Below, piece by piece: positions 39,289-48,612 of a stretch of DNA of 60,874 bases. The translations under genes were made by a program, and so were the position numbers. The DNA lies in the NCBI GenBank assembly GCA_034439715.1, contig JAWXAY010000053.1:1-60874 (forward strand), written 5' to 3'. How positions within the stretch are numbered: position 1 is the stretch's first letter; every line of letters begins with the position of its first letter. This stretch comes from Pseudomonadota bacterium. GTDB lineage: Bacteria; Bdellovibrionota; Bdellovibrionia; Bdellovibrionales; SG-bin7. The notes beneath the pieces are model-generated. The model worked only from the letters and a program-made list of their open reading frames with translations, did not search any database and had not been told where the DNA came from.

Positions 39289-39339
39289 TCGGCTTTACAT
39301 TGAATTCTGTGTCTCGAGGGTCACGGTGCCCTTAGCTCG
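39289..39339. repeat. 51-bp perfect direct repeat, copy 2 (last 14 codons, stop and 6 nt beyond the 39295-39753 gene)
   Basis: Identical to 34928-34978; encodes RAKGTVTLETQNSM* on the minus strand. Confidence 0.95.
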
Positions 39340-39753
39340 ATTGACACGAATTTTAACAGAAGATGTTGATGGCTTAGTGACTCCACTATCATGATCATAA
39401 ACACTATACGGTATGGTCAATAAAAGTCCCTTTGAATCAAAAGTTGATTTTGCCTTACGAATATCAATTCCTGAAAAAAATGTAACTGCTGTGCAAGATA
39501 CGCCTGGGCCCTGGCCCTCGGTAAAAGGCATTACAATCGCAAGGCCATGACTTTTCGCTGCGGGCTCTCCAACATCTACGTTGTAAATTTGTACATCTCC
39601 ACTATAAAAGTTTTTGAAATTTTTCTCAATAGGAATCATCAGGGTTTCAATTCCGATATCGACCTCCTTGCAACTGCTGACTTTAAAATCAGCATTGCTA
39701 GCAAAACCTTTTAGTGAAATAAGCCAGAATAAAAAAAACAATGTGCTTTTCAT
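39295..39753 (-). CDS. Secreted hypothetical protein
   Basis: ATG 39753 after AAGGAG; signal peptide ending GFA; VD.GEPA motif. Confidence 0.8.
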   Translation of the reverse strand: MKSTLFFLFWLISLKGFASNADFKVSSCKEVDIGIETLMIPIEKNFKNFYSGDVQIYNVDVGEPAAKSHGLAIVMPFTEGQGPGVSCTAVTFFSGIDIRKAKSTFDSKGLLLTIPYSVYDHDSGVTKPSTSSVKIRVNRAKGTVTLETQNSM

Positions 39754-39791
39754 TTCAACTTCTCCTTGCAAGCTTTTCTGAAGCGGCAGTG

Positions 39792-40151
39792 CTAGTCGTT
39801 TGGTTTTTCTATACTTATAGATTTAAGGTTTCCAATTGAAGTTTCAGAATTTGTTAATTCTTTCAAATTAGATATTTCTAATGCCGCAAATCCGCCGGAT
39901 TTCTTCAAAACCTCAAGTACGTCGCAAAAAACTTGAACCTCAGCAGCTGAACCTGAAAATTTTAGTTTATAATTAGCACCACCTAAATCATTGCCTGTAG
40001 TGACTGAACCCGAAATGATGTCTTTAGATTTCTCGCACTTACAGTCTTTAATCTGCAACAATGAGGTATGTGTTTTGCCACCAGCGTGAGCGGAATAGGG
40101 AGAGATCCCCACAAGAACTAACAAAATAAATATTCTCAAAATACTTTCCAT
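39792..40151 (-). CDS. Small secreted hypothetical protein
   Basis: Signal peptide ending AHA. Confidence 0.7.
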   Translation of the reverse strand: MESILRIFILLVLVGISPYSAHAGGKTHTSLLQIKDCKCEKSKDIISGSVTTGNDLGGANYKLKFSGSAAEVQVFCDVLEVLKKSGGFAALEISNLKELTNSETSIGNLKSISIEKPND

Positions 40152-40245
40152 AATCTGACATTAACTTTCGACAAAGAAGGCGGGCACAATATTTCAGCCA
40201 TAAATTATGGTTACGTCATCTGGGACTGATGTCAATCTCTCTGTG

Positions 40246-41052
40246 CTACTGCGGCTTCAAATTATAAAAATCAAAACAGTAGGCATAGGCTACTTCTTCT
40301 TTTGATTTCTCAATTAAGTTTAAGTCATTTTTCAATTTTGAAACGAATCCCTCTTTGATTTTTTCAGCATCTGCTTTTGACAAAGTCATCGTACCTGAAT
40401 AATGCAAATCGGTTTGGTTTTTGTTATCGAGCGATGCAATTGCATGCATACGCCAGTTGGTATGATGTTTATTTATATTTTTCGACTCTCCGCCAAGATG
40501 AATATGTGTTGGACCTAACTTAAATTCGTTATCTGACAGGACGGCTAAGTTAGTTTTAGTTAAGAAATCCAGAATTTCGATAATTCGACTCCTCGAGAGT
40601 TTTAAGTAATGCGTGAGAGCCTCGACTGTTCTTAGCTCAGGAATTGACAGCAAGATTCGCACAGCACCGTATTGCCAGGAGCTATAGAACTCTGCCTCGT
40701 CTTCACGACTGAGGTGAGACTCCTTCTTAATGCGCTCTTTGATAACAAGACGTTTCTGCAGGACACTCTCAATTTGCTCTAGAAAATATTTTTTAAGTGT
40801 TGGAGTGCCGGCTCGATCTTTTTGTAAAAGAAGCAAAAAGAAATGGGCTTCATCTTGGGTGTGGTCAAAAAACCTGTTGAGTTTTTCTCCCTGCTCAAGA
40901 CTCAAATCGGCCCTTTCATTCATAACTTGGGACATATAAGTTGAATGACAACCGATAGCCTGAGAAGAAGCCAAACGCTGTCCGGTTCTCTTTCCCCCAA
41001 AGCGTTCGTCCAAATATCTACGATAATTAGAGAACTCAAAAATACTCTTCAT
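40246..41052 (-). CDS. TIGR02147 / DUF4423 family protein (second paralogue)
   Basis: SIFEFSNYRRYL, AIGCHSTYMSQVM..RADLSLEQG, FYSSWQYGAV, HHTNWR, DLHYS, YAYCFDFY. Confidence 0.87.
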   Translation of the reverse strand: MKSIFEFSNYRRYLDERFGGKRTGQRLASSQAIGCHSTYMSQVMNERADLSLEQGEKLNRFFDHTQDEAHFFLLLLQKDRAGTPTLKKYFLEQIESVLQKRLVIKERIKKESHLSREDEAEFYSSWQYGAVRILLSIPELRTVEALTHYLKLSRSRIIEILDFLTKTNLAVLSDNEFKLGPTHIHLGGESKNINKHHTNWRMHAIASLDNKNQTDLHYSGTMTLSKADAEKIKEGFVSKLKNDLNLIEKSKEEVAYAYCFDFYNLKPQ

Positions 41053-41067
41053 TTAAGGTACTATTAT

Positions 41068-41086
41068 AATAGAGTTTTACTCTATT
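41068..41086. promoter_or_regulatory. Perfect palindrome, candidate operator in the TIGR02147 divergent region
   Basis: AATAGAGT-TTT-ACTCTATT; abuts a minus-strand TATAAT (41063-41068) 10 nt before the ATG. Confidence 0.7.
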
Positions 41087-41185
41087 TATAAGTGAAAGAT
41101 TTAGTAAATTGATCTATTTTTAAACATCACCGTAGTGTAAAAACTTGACTGTGAGCGTTAAATAACTTATAACTATGGAGAATAT

Positions 41186-42169
41186 ATGAAGAACCTTTTC
41201 GCACGTCTAACTTTAACATCAATGCTTATGACCCCACTAATTACATTTGCAGGTGCTTCGGGTGGCGGTGGTGGGAACGTGTCCCTTGAGACCCAGGCTT
41301 ATCAGATTGCCCTTTCGGACTATGTTACTAATAGGCTTCCCTCAGACGTTATTGCTTTCTTAAGCAAGGGTCGAGTCGATAAAATCTCTGACCCCATTCT
41401 CGGGGACTTATTTAAAAAGATGTTAAGTGGAAACGCAGTGATAAAAGACATTCAAAAGATGGGTAGTAACCAATATCAAGCACTGAGTGAATGTCCCCAA
41501 GGAAAGGATGAATACACAAGCGGTCAGAGAGAAACGCCTATATGTTTTAGCATTTCCAACTTATCGCTTCGCTCTCAAAAGCCTTCTGCGGGTGACCTCG
41601 TTCTTCTAGCCGTCCACGCCCATGGGCATCAGTTTGGTTGGGAGCTAAGTTTACCTGCGGAACAGGAACATATACATACAATGGCTCAAATCTTTTCTCC
41701 CGACGTTATGAGAAGTGTTCCTTCGGCACCGAGTCTTAATATATCTACTGGATTTTACTCCGTAGATACAAAATTACTAATATGTGATCGTTATCTTGAG
41801 TATGATCAGGCGAATAAGACCCTCTACTTAGAGCAGGTCCCGCGAAGAGATGGTAAATATGATGTTATGAGGGAATGCGAAAAAGGTATCCATCTTGTGG
41901 CTAACTGCTCTTTTGCTAGAAGCGAAAGCGATTGTTTCAGCATGGTCTACGACGCAAAAAAGACAGCAGAATTTGCGGGAATTGATTGGTCTACCAATTC
42001 CTTTGATCATACTTGGGTTTACGAAAAAATTAGATTTTTAAATGGAAATTTTATATCTCACTTTTTCGTAAAATATACCAATGGAAATAACTTTGAATCT
42101 CAAGATTATATCCTTAAATTTAAATTTCTTGGCGCTAATGTTGAAATAGTGAAACCAGAACAAAATTGA
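41186..42169 (+). CDS. Secreted hypothetical protein with Gly-rich N-terminus and degenerate zincin-like motif
   Basis: SD GGAG; signal peptide ending TFA, then GASGGGGGN; LLAVHAHGHQFGWE. Confidence 0.75.
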   Translation: MKNLFARLTLTSMLMTPLITFAGASGGGGGNVSLETQAYQIALSDYVTNRLPSDVIAFLSKGRVDKISDPILGDLFKKMLSGNAVIKDIQKMGSNQYQALSECPQGKDEYTSGQRETPICFSISNLSLRSQKPSAGDLVLLAVHAHGHQFGWELSLPAEQEHIHTMAQIFSPDVMRSVPSAPSLNISTGFYSVDTKLLICDRYLEYDQANKTLYLEQVPRRDGKYDVMRECEKGIHLVANCSFARSESDCFSMVYDAKKTAEFAGIDWSTNSFDHTWVYEKIRFLNGNFISHFFVKYTNGNNFESQDYILKFKFLGANVEIVKPEQN

Positions 42170-42195
42170 GATCCCAATGTACGGTTATGCGTCTT

Positions 42196-42211
42196 TGGCG
42201 CAAGTGTTGCA
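42196..42211 (+). promoter_or_regulatory. Putative sigma54 promoter
   Basis: TGGCGC-AAGTG-TTGCA, 31 nt before GTG 42243. Confidence 0.65.
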
Positions 42212-42242
42212 TTTTTAGTTCCTCTTTGAGGAACGTCGCCAA

Positions 42243-43664
42243 GTGATAAAACTGTTTAAAGCTCCCCTATTTAGCCTAGTTACGTTGGTTTTTACAATAG
42301 GTGTTCACGCCAAAGCACCCACTTGTTCTAGCCAATTTTCCTCCAATTTCGCAATTTTTGACACTGAAGTCGCAGGCCCAGTCACTATAGTGATCGATGC
42401 CGAAGAGGTACTCGAGGGTATGGATTCAGCAATGCTTAACAAGCTGTTTGGCGCCCCCGTCTTAGCCGTGGGTGGCGACACTCCCCGCTCACCCAAAAAA
42501 ATAAAAGGGGTCGTGGTTCACTTAGGTGATTCCGAGTTTCTAAAAAAATATGTTGTTGGAGAGTCTAATCTCACAAAAGGCTACCGCGATTACTACAAAA
42601 AGTTTGACGATAAGATTCATGAGTACAACGTGATGTCAAAAATTGATCCCGATATCATGCCGGCTTCTACGGTATTTAGTGATTATGTTCCTGAGATTAG
42701 CGAAACAACTGCAGGTCGGCAATTACTTAAAGATATCAAAAGCATTAAATCGCGATTGATGAGTAATCCAGCTTTTAAAATAGAGGCTGCCGAAAAAGCA
42801 CACCTTATTTCTTATGTGGAAAAATTTATAGAACTCGTGCACCGAGACTTTCCGGGCGGTGCAATCATTAAATTAGCTGGTGAATTTCAAAGTGCTGATA
42901 CAGGCATTATTTTAAAGTCCAATCAAATTAATGCCAGTGAAATGGTCGATGAGTTCAATCAATCTTTTTTAAAACTTAGACATGAGGTGTTGTCTAAAAA
43001 TAAATCCAAGCAACTCTCTGAAAAGGATTTTTCTAAGGACGAGGCGGCAACCAAATTTGATAAAAATTGGTCGTTTATAAATGCCTTAGTCTTCGGTGAG
43101 TATGAAACAGTTATGGCTCAGAAAAAAGAAAACATTGTCCGCGAAGGCAGGCTTAGCATGGCTAATGGGCGAATCCTAAACGCTGTAGACAGGTTCTATA
43201 GACCTTGGGGACCTCCTGACTTATTTACTAAAGCCTCTGCAGTCTTGAACGAGTTTATCGCCAAGGCTAAAAAATCGGGCTTCCCAATGGATAAAATGTC
43301 GGGTGGAGTTGACTTTGCTTTGCTCGAAGATGGACGAATCGTAATATTAGATTTCAACTTTGGCGCGATGGACGGATTTCTAGATGGTATAAATTCTCCC
43401 ATCACCGCAAATATGTTTATGTCTAATGTCGTTGGGCGCAGAACTAACCTATTGGTGGAGTTAAGTCAGGCCCGCGACCTCATTCTAGAAAAAAAGTGGC
43501 GACTTATTTTAAATTTAAGCCGCAAGTATTTGGGGCACTTAAATGCTACCGACCGCTCGTCTGTCAGAGGAGACATGGTAAGATGGCTCGGCATGAATAA
43601 TTATTTGACAGCTAAAGAAGAAGAGTTTCTCTTTCAAAAAAATCAATTACGATTCCAAAAATAA
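42243..43664 (+). CDS. Secreted protein with ATP-grasp-like motifs
   Basis: Signal peptide ending VHA; DDK..EY......IMP.S, AIIK, EGRL, GVDFALLEDGRIVILDFN. Confidence 0.65.
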   Translation: MIKLFKAPLFSLVTLVFTIGVHAKAPTCSSQFSSNFAIFDTEVAGPVTIVIDAEEVLEGMDSAMLNKLFGAPVLAVGGDTPRSPKKIKGVVVHLGDSEFLKKYVVGESNLTKGYRDYYKKFDDKIHEYNVMSKIDPDIMPASTVFSDYVPEISETTAGRQLLKDIKSIKSRLMSNPAFKIEAAEKAHLISYVEKFIELVHRDFPGGAIIKLAGEFQSADTGIILKSNQINASEMVDEFNQSFLKLRHEVLSKNKSKQLSEKDFSKDEAATKFDKNWSFINALVFGEYETVMAQKKENIVREGRLSMANGRILNAVDRFYRPWGPPDLFTKASAVLNEFIAKAKKSGFPMDKMSGGVDFALLEDGRIVILDFNFGAMDGFLDGINSPITANMFMSNVVGRRTNLLVELSQARDLILEKKWRLILNLSRKYLGHLNATDRSSVRGDMVRWLGMNNYLTAKEEEFLFQKNQLRFQK

Positions 43665-44551
43665 CTATCTTCGATAGCAGGTTCGGGTAAATCAGCGCCC
43701 AACTCAATATGGCGGTAGCAATCACGACTTTCGATAATTTTTCGCACCAAAAGATTCATGATGTCATGTCCTGATTTATAAAGCACAACATGGCCCATGA
43801 GTGGCATACCGAGAGTCACTAAGTCGCCTAGCGCATCCATGGCCTTATGTCTGACGAATTCATCGGGGTAACGGAGGCCCTCGGGATTCATGATTCCGTC
43901 GTGATCTAAGACTATCGCATTCTGAAGGCTGCCCCCACGTGCCAATCCCCTGGCTTTTAGAGACTCGACGTCACGTAAAAAACCAAAAGTACGGGCTTTC
44001 GAAAGTTCGTGAGTAAAGCTATATTCGTTAACATCGAGATCAATTTTTTGAAGACCAATCTTGGGATGCGGAAACTCAATCGTACAGGAGACGCGTAAAC
44101 CATTATAGGGTTTTACATACGCGTGTTTTTCGTTGGTTCCAAAATAAATAGGTTTGGTAATGTAGGCGTATTTGCGGGGTTCATCCTGCTCGACAATGCC
44201 GCCATTAACGAGTGCTTGCAAAAATCCTGATGCACTTCCGTCACCAATGGGAATCTCGGGCCCATCAAGTTCAATAAAGAGATTATCCACCCTCAGGGCA
44301 GCTAAAGTAGACAGGCAATGTTCAACTGTTGCCACCGAGAAATGCGGACCCGCTAAAGTAGTAGCATAGGAGGTTGATTTGACATATTCCCAACGGGCGG
44401 CCAAAGCCGGTGAGCCGGGCAAATCTTTTCGTACAAAGTAAACGCCGGTGTTTACAGGCGCCGGCGCAAAGCGCAGCCTTGACAGTTCACCTGTATGAAG
44501 GCCCACGCCTTCGATCTGTACGGTCTTTCTGAGCGTTCTTTGCAAAAACAT
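43643..44551 (-). CDS. lpxC: UDP-3-O-acyl-N-acetylglucosamine deacetylase
   Basis: QRTL...GVGLHTG, TVEH.LS, E.PI.DGSA, ARTFGF, EFVRHK.MD.LGDL, KSGH. Confidence 0.97.
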   Translation of the reverse strand: MFLQRTLRKTVQIEGVGLHTGELSRLRFAPAPVNTGVYFVRKDLPGSPALAARWEYVKSTSYATTLAGPHFSVATVEHCLSTLAALRVDNLFIELDGPEIPIGDGSASGFLQALVNGGIVEQDEPRKYAYITKPIYFGTNEKHAYVKPYNGLRVSCTIEFPHPKIGLQKIDLDVNEYSFTHELSKARTFGFLRDVESLKARGLARGGSLQNAIVLDHDGIMNPEGLRYPDEFVRHKAMDALGDLVTLGMPLMGHVVLYKSGHDIMNLLVRKIIESRDCYRHIELGADLPEPAIEDSYFWNRN

Positions 44552-44567
44552 AACTAATACTATCTAT

Positions 44568-44583
44568 AGCAATCTCGATGCCA
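44568..44583 (-). promoter_or_regulatory. Putative sigma54 promoter of lpxC
   Basis: Minus strand TGGCAT-CGAGA-TTGCT, near-perfect consensus, 16 nt upstream of the ATG. Confidence 0.7.
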
Positions 44584-44761
44584 AATTGAGTAAAGTGCCA
44601 TTTCTTAACCAGTTAATATGACAGTAATTTTCTGCGAGACTTTAGTCTATTAGGCAATTTTCGATAAATTCTGTTGTAATTATTCCACAGGACCAGTGCC
44701 TGAAAAACCACAGGCCTTTTGAAACCTACGTTCCAATCCGATACCTATAACGAATAGGTAT

Positions 44762-45019
44762 ATGAAAAATTTGGGAATTATTTTGTTAATATTTTGGTGT
44801 GCGCTTGGCTGCTCTTCGACAGAGAAGGACGACTATGATATTTATCACCCCAGCACTCTTCACCCCGCCGCTAACACCGTCGACGGATTTTATTTGGATA
44901 AGGCAGCGCCCGTCCATGCTTCACCATCAAAAACTTTAGACTTTTGGATTGGTGGCTGTAACCACAGCACCGAGGGAAGCTACTACTCAAAAACTAGCTA
45001 TCGTTGTTCTAATAGATGA
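44762..45019 (+). CDS. Small hypothetical lipoprotein
   Basis: Lipobox ALGC; 3' end overlaps the convergent ruvB by 22 nt. Confidence 0.65.
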   Translation: MKNLGIILLIFWCALGCSSTEKDDYDIYHPSTLHPAANTVDGFYLDKAAPVHASPSKTLDFWIGGCNHSTEGSYYSKTSYRCSNR

Positions 45020-45993
45020 AGTTTTGCTGCTTCAGAAATAATTCTCCCACGAGGAGTTTTTTGTAAAAAACCTTCTTGAATCAAAAAAGGCTCATAGACT
45101 TCTTCGATAGTCTGAGGCTCCTCATTTAAAATTGCAGACAAAGTGTCGATCCCTACCGGACCGCCTGAAAACTTTTGGTCGATAATTGATAAAATTCGCC
45201 GATCCATGGGATCAAGGCCACAAGGGTCAACTTCTAGCTCATTGAGGGCAAACTTGGCAATGGCAAGATCAATATTGCCGGTACCTTTGACTTGAGCATA
45301 ATCGCGAACTCTTTTTAATAAACGATTGGCAACTCGTGGAGTACCGCGACTGCGTTTCGCTATCTCAAGCGCACCCTCTGGAGCCACCTCAACTTCCAAA
45401 AGTTCTGCTGACCTAGAAACAATTTTTTGCAAACTATCTTGATCATAAAATAAAAAACGCTCCACGATACCAAACCGGCTTCTTAAGGGTTGACTAATTA
45501 ATCCCTCGCGGGTCGTTGCGCCAATCAACGTAAAGGGGGCTAATTGAAACTTCATGCTTCTCGCGGCCAAGCCATCGCCCGTCATCAGGTCAATATAGAA
45601 GTCCTCCATCGCACTGTAGAGATATTCCTCAATAACTTTCGAAAGCCTGTGAATTTCATCGATAAACAATATTGAAAATGGTTTAAGGCTAGTGAGAATG
45701 GCCGCCAATTCTCCTTTTCGATCAAGCGCTGGCCCCGAGGTCGTTTTGCATTCCACATTCAAATTTCGCGCGATGATATGAGCCAGAGTTGTCTTTCCTA
45801 ATCCCGGTGGCCCGGATAACAGTACGTGATCCAAGGGTTCATTTCGCTTTTGAGCAGCACTGACAAATACAGAAATTTTTTCTTTGAGTTTACTTTGTCC
45901 CGGAAAATGCTCAAAGGTGTGCGGACGAAGCTTGTTTTCCCAGGTGCCCTCAACCATTTGTTTCTCTGGATCTGTGACTCGTTCCAAACTCAA
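44998..45993 (-). CDS. ruvB: Holliday junction helicase RuvB
   Basis: [43 protein letters not shown]; start approximate. Confidence 0.98.
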   Translation of the reverse strand: MSLERVTDPEKQMVEGTWENKLRPHTFEHFPGQSKLKEKISVFVSAAQKRNEPLDHVLLSGPPGLGKTTLAHIIARNLNVECKTTSGPALDRKGELAAILTSLKPFSILFIDEIHRLSKVIEEYLYSAMEDFYIDLMTGDGLAARSMKFQLAPFTLIGATTREGLISQPLRSRFGIVERFLFYDQDSLQKIVSRSAELLEVEVAPEGALEIAKRSRGTPRVANRLLKRVRDYAQVKGTGNIDLAIAKFALNELEVDPCGLDPMDRRILSIIDQKFSGGPVGIDTLSAILNEEPQTIEEVYEPFLIQEGFLQKTPRGRIISEAAKLHLLEQR

Positions 45994-45997
45994 ACTC

Positions 45998-46576
45998 CTA
46001 GTTGTGTCCTGATAAATGTTTAAGAGACTCCCGAATTCCTTCACTAAAATTAATGTCAACTGGCATCAAGCCCACCACTTTCTCAACCTCAATTAAATTG
46101 TATCCCAAATTAACTAGGGCAGAAATTATATCCTTTTTACCTGCAGCTATCTTGGCGCTTTGCTTAAAATGTATTTTCTGGGTAATTTTATCTTTTAACG
46201 TAATTATAATCTGTTCGGCGGTCTTCTTTCCCACCTTTGGTAAAGCTGTCAAAGCGTTGATATCCCCCTCTTGAATCCACTTAACAAGGTCCTCAACTTG
46301 AGTGCCCGAAAGAATTTTAAGCGCCATTTTGGGGCCGATACCATTAACTTGGTTTAGGGCTAAAAATATTTCTTTCTCGGCCACAGTGGCAAAACCAAAC
46401 AACTGTAAAATGTCTTCTCTAACGTGAGTATAGATTTGTAAAGAAACTATTTTTTTTCCAAAAACATCATCCAGAGTATTTGCCGAACAATGGATTTCAT
46501 ATCCCACACCCCCCGTCAAAACGATAATGGTATCTTCTCGCTGTTCCTTTAATTCACCTTCAAGATAGCCAATCAA
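45998..46576 (-). CDS. ruvA: Holliday junction binding protein RuvA
   Basis: [48 protein letters not shown]. Confidence 0.97.
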   Translation of the reverse strand: MIGYLEGELKEQREDTIIVLTGGVGYEIHCSANTLDDVFGKKIVSLQIYTHVREDILQLFGFATVAEKEIFLALNQVNGIGPKMALKILSGTQVEDLVKWIQEGDINALTALPKVGKKTAEQIIITLKDKITQKIHFKQSAKIAAGKKDIISALVNLGYNLIEVEKVVGLMPVDINFSEGIRESLKHLSGHN

Positions 46577-47076
46577 AGCTCCACCCCACTTGATCGTAAT
46601 GGTTTTTCTTTTTCTATCGCCCAACCCGCAAAAAGTGCTACGGCCAACGCGTCTGAGGCATCATTTGTCGCAAATGCTTCTACAGTCAAATGACGTTTTA
46701 TAAACATGGCAACGACGTCTTTATCCGCATTTCCTTGCCCACAAATTCCTTTTTTTATTTCCGTGGGAGCATACTCTCTGAGCACAGAATTATAGCGTCC
46801 AGCTTCGGCCATGCACACACCCCGAGCAAGACCAATTTTAAATGCGGAGTCTGCATTTCGGCCAAAAAACACACGCTCTATTGCCGTAAAACCAGGCTTA
46901 AAGTTCTTATAGATGTTTTGCAAATAAGTACTTAAATTAAAAAGTCTTTTCTCAATGGTGTCACGGGAATTCAGTGCGCAAACGTCGTGAAAAATAGCGC
47001 GCCAAATTCCCTGCTCAAGAGTGACCACACCCACTCCTAACAATCGAGTTCCAGGATCAATTCCCAATACGATCAC
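46573..47076 (-). CDS. ruvC: Crossover junction endodeoxyribonuclease RuvC
   Basis: LGIDPG, AIE.VFF, G.ARGV, EY.P..IKK...G.G.A.K, DA.DALAVA; start approximate. Confidence 0.96.
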   Translation of the reverse strand: MIVLGIDPGTRLLGVGVVTLEQGIWRAIFHDVCALNSRDTIEKRLFNLSTYLQNIYKNFKPGFTAIERVFFGRNADSAFKIGLARGVCMAEAGRYNSVLREYAPTEIKKGICGQGNADKDVVAMFIKRHLTVEAFATNDASDALAVALFAGWAIEKEKPLRSSGVEL

Positions 47077-47163
47077 AAACAACCCCTTAGACACATCGTT
47101 TAACAAAAGTTTATCCAGATATGGGGTTTAATCAAGTTGATATTCGAAATCCTTGATGCCAAT

Positions 47164-47964
47164 ATGGCAAAAATGGAATCCATTGATCCTGAATTTGTTG
47201 AGCGTTATCAAATTATTTTTCAAAAAGACCCCAACTCTAGAGTCTTTGCGTTACTGACTGAAGCCTATCGTAAAATGGGTATGCTGGATAAAGCTCGAAT
47301 CGTAGGCGAATCGGGTACTTCGAAACATCCCGACTTTGCCAGCGGCCATGTAGCGCTTGGCCGAGTTTACCTTGATCTGGGGGATCCCGAAAAAGCCTGT
47401 GAGCACTTTCGATTGGCAACCGCACTTGCCAGTGAAAACATTCTTGCTCATCAGCTTCTCGCGCAATCGTACCTAAAATTACGTCAACCAAAAGACGCCT
47501 TAAAGGCCTTTAAAATGGTGCTACTTATTAGTCCCACTGATATTTCTGCCCAAAGGGCTATTAAGAAATTGGAGAGCTTAACGGCTGATGAATTTTCGCA
47601 GGACTTATTTAATGACGTTAAACCTGGACGGGAAAAAAATAACGGAAAGACTTCACACCTAGCACCTCCTACATATAGAACACTCGAGCGCATGCTTTCT
47701 CTGGCAGATGCCTATGCAGCGAGAAATGATATCGATAAAGCTATTTTAACACTAAAAGAATGCGAGGACGTGCTGGGAAGTCACCCTGAAGTCACGCATC
47801 GCTTACGCACCTTTAAAGATTTTGGCGGGGGGCTGGCAATAATTTCTGAAAGTTCAGAACCTTTGAAGCCCATAAGCCGTCGTGATACAGCTGTACAAAT
47901 AAAAAAAGAAACACTGGAGAAACTTCTTGTTAAGGTGCGAACCCGCCGAATTAATGTGAAGTAG
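47164..47964 (+). CDS. Tetratricopeptide repeat protein
   Basis: DPNSRVFA.L.EAYRK.G, HPDFASGHVALGR, ENILAH.LLA. Confidence 0.85.
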   Translation: MAKMESIDPEFVERYQIIFQKDPNSRVFALLTEAYRKMGMLDKARIVGESGTSKHPDFASGHVALGRVYLDLGDPEKACEHFRLATALASENILAHQLLAQSYLKLRQPKDALKAFKMVLLISPTDISAQRAIKKLESLTADEFSQDLFNDVKPGREKNNGKTSHLAPPTYRTLERMLSLADAYAARNDIDKAILTLKECEDVLGSHPEVTHRLRTFKDFGGGLAIISESSEPLKPISRRDTAVQIKKETLEKLLVKVRTRRINVK

Positions 47965-47982
47965 TTTAAAGAAAGAGGACTT

Positions 47983-48546
47983 ATGTATTCGACAAACGAT
48001 TTTAAGAAGGGCTTGAAGTTAATGGTTGAAGGAAACCCTTATACAATTGTTGATTTTCAGCACGTTAAACCTGGCAAAGGAAACCAATTCTGCCGAACAA
48101 AACTACGAAATCTTTTGACGGGTGCAAACCTCGAAAGAACATTTAAATCTGGCGAAAAATTTGAAGTTCCAAATGTTGAAACGCGAGATATGAATTTTCT
48201 TTACAGAGACGAGGGTGGATTTCACTTTATGTCTCCAACCAGCTATGAGCAGCTAGACCTCGACGAAACGGCCGTCGGCGAATCTCGCTTCTATTTGTCT
48301 GACAATACCGCCGTTACTATACTTTTTTATAATGACCGAGCCGTAGGTGTTGATGTGCCAAAAGCTGTGAACCTAAAGGTCAAAGAAACCGCCCCCGGCT
48401 TTAAAGGAAATACGGTCACTGGCGCTACAAAGCCAGCAACGCTTGAAACTGGACACATTGTCCAGGTTCCCATGCATATCACTGAGGGCGATCTTTTAAG
48501 AGTCAATACCCTGACTGGTGATTACGTTGAACGCGTAAACAAATAA
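47983..48546 (+). CDS. efp: Elongation factor P
   Basis: HVKPGKG loop, PGFKGNT, KPATLETG, VP.H..EG. Confidence 0.98.
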   Translation: MYSTNDFKKGLKLMVEGNPYTIVDFQHVKPGKGNQFCRTKLRNLLTGANLERTFKSGEKFEVPNVETRDMNFLYRDEGGFHFMSPTSYEQLDLDETAVGESRFYLSDNTAVTILFYNDRAVGVDVPKAVNLKVKETAPGFKGNTVTGATKPATLETGHIVQVPMHITEGDLLRVNTLTGDYVERVNK

Positions 48547-48612
48547 CGCATTTCACCCAGCCTAACAGAAGGCACCTTAAATACCTTAAAATATTAAGGT
48601 TGGGGGAGAGAT

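Noticed and set aside
34928..39339. Diversity-generating retroelement TR/VR pair
   Set aside because: Copies are 100% identical with no adenine-specific mismatches, are only 51 bp, and no reverse transcriptase is present
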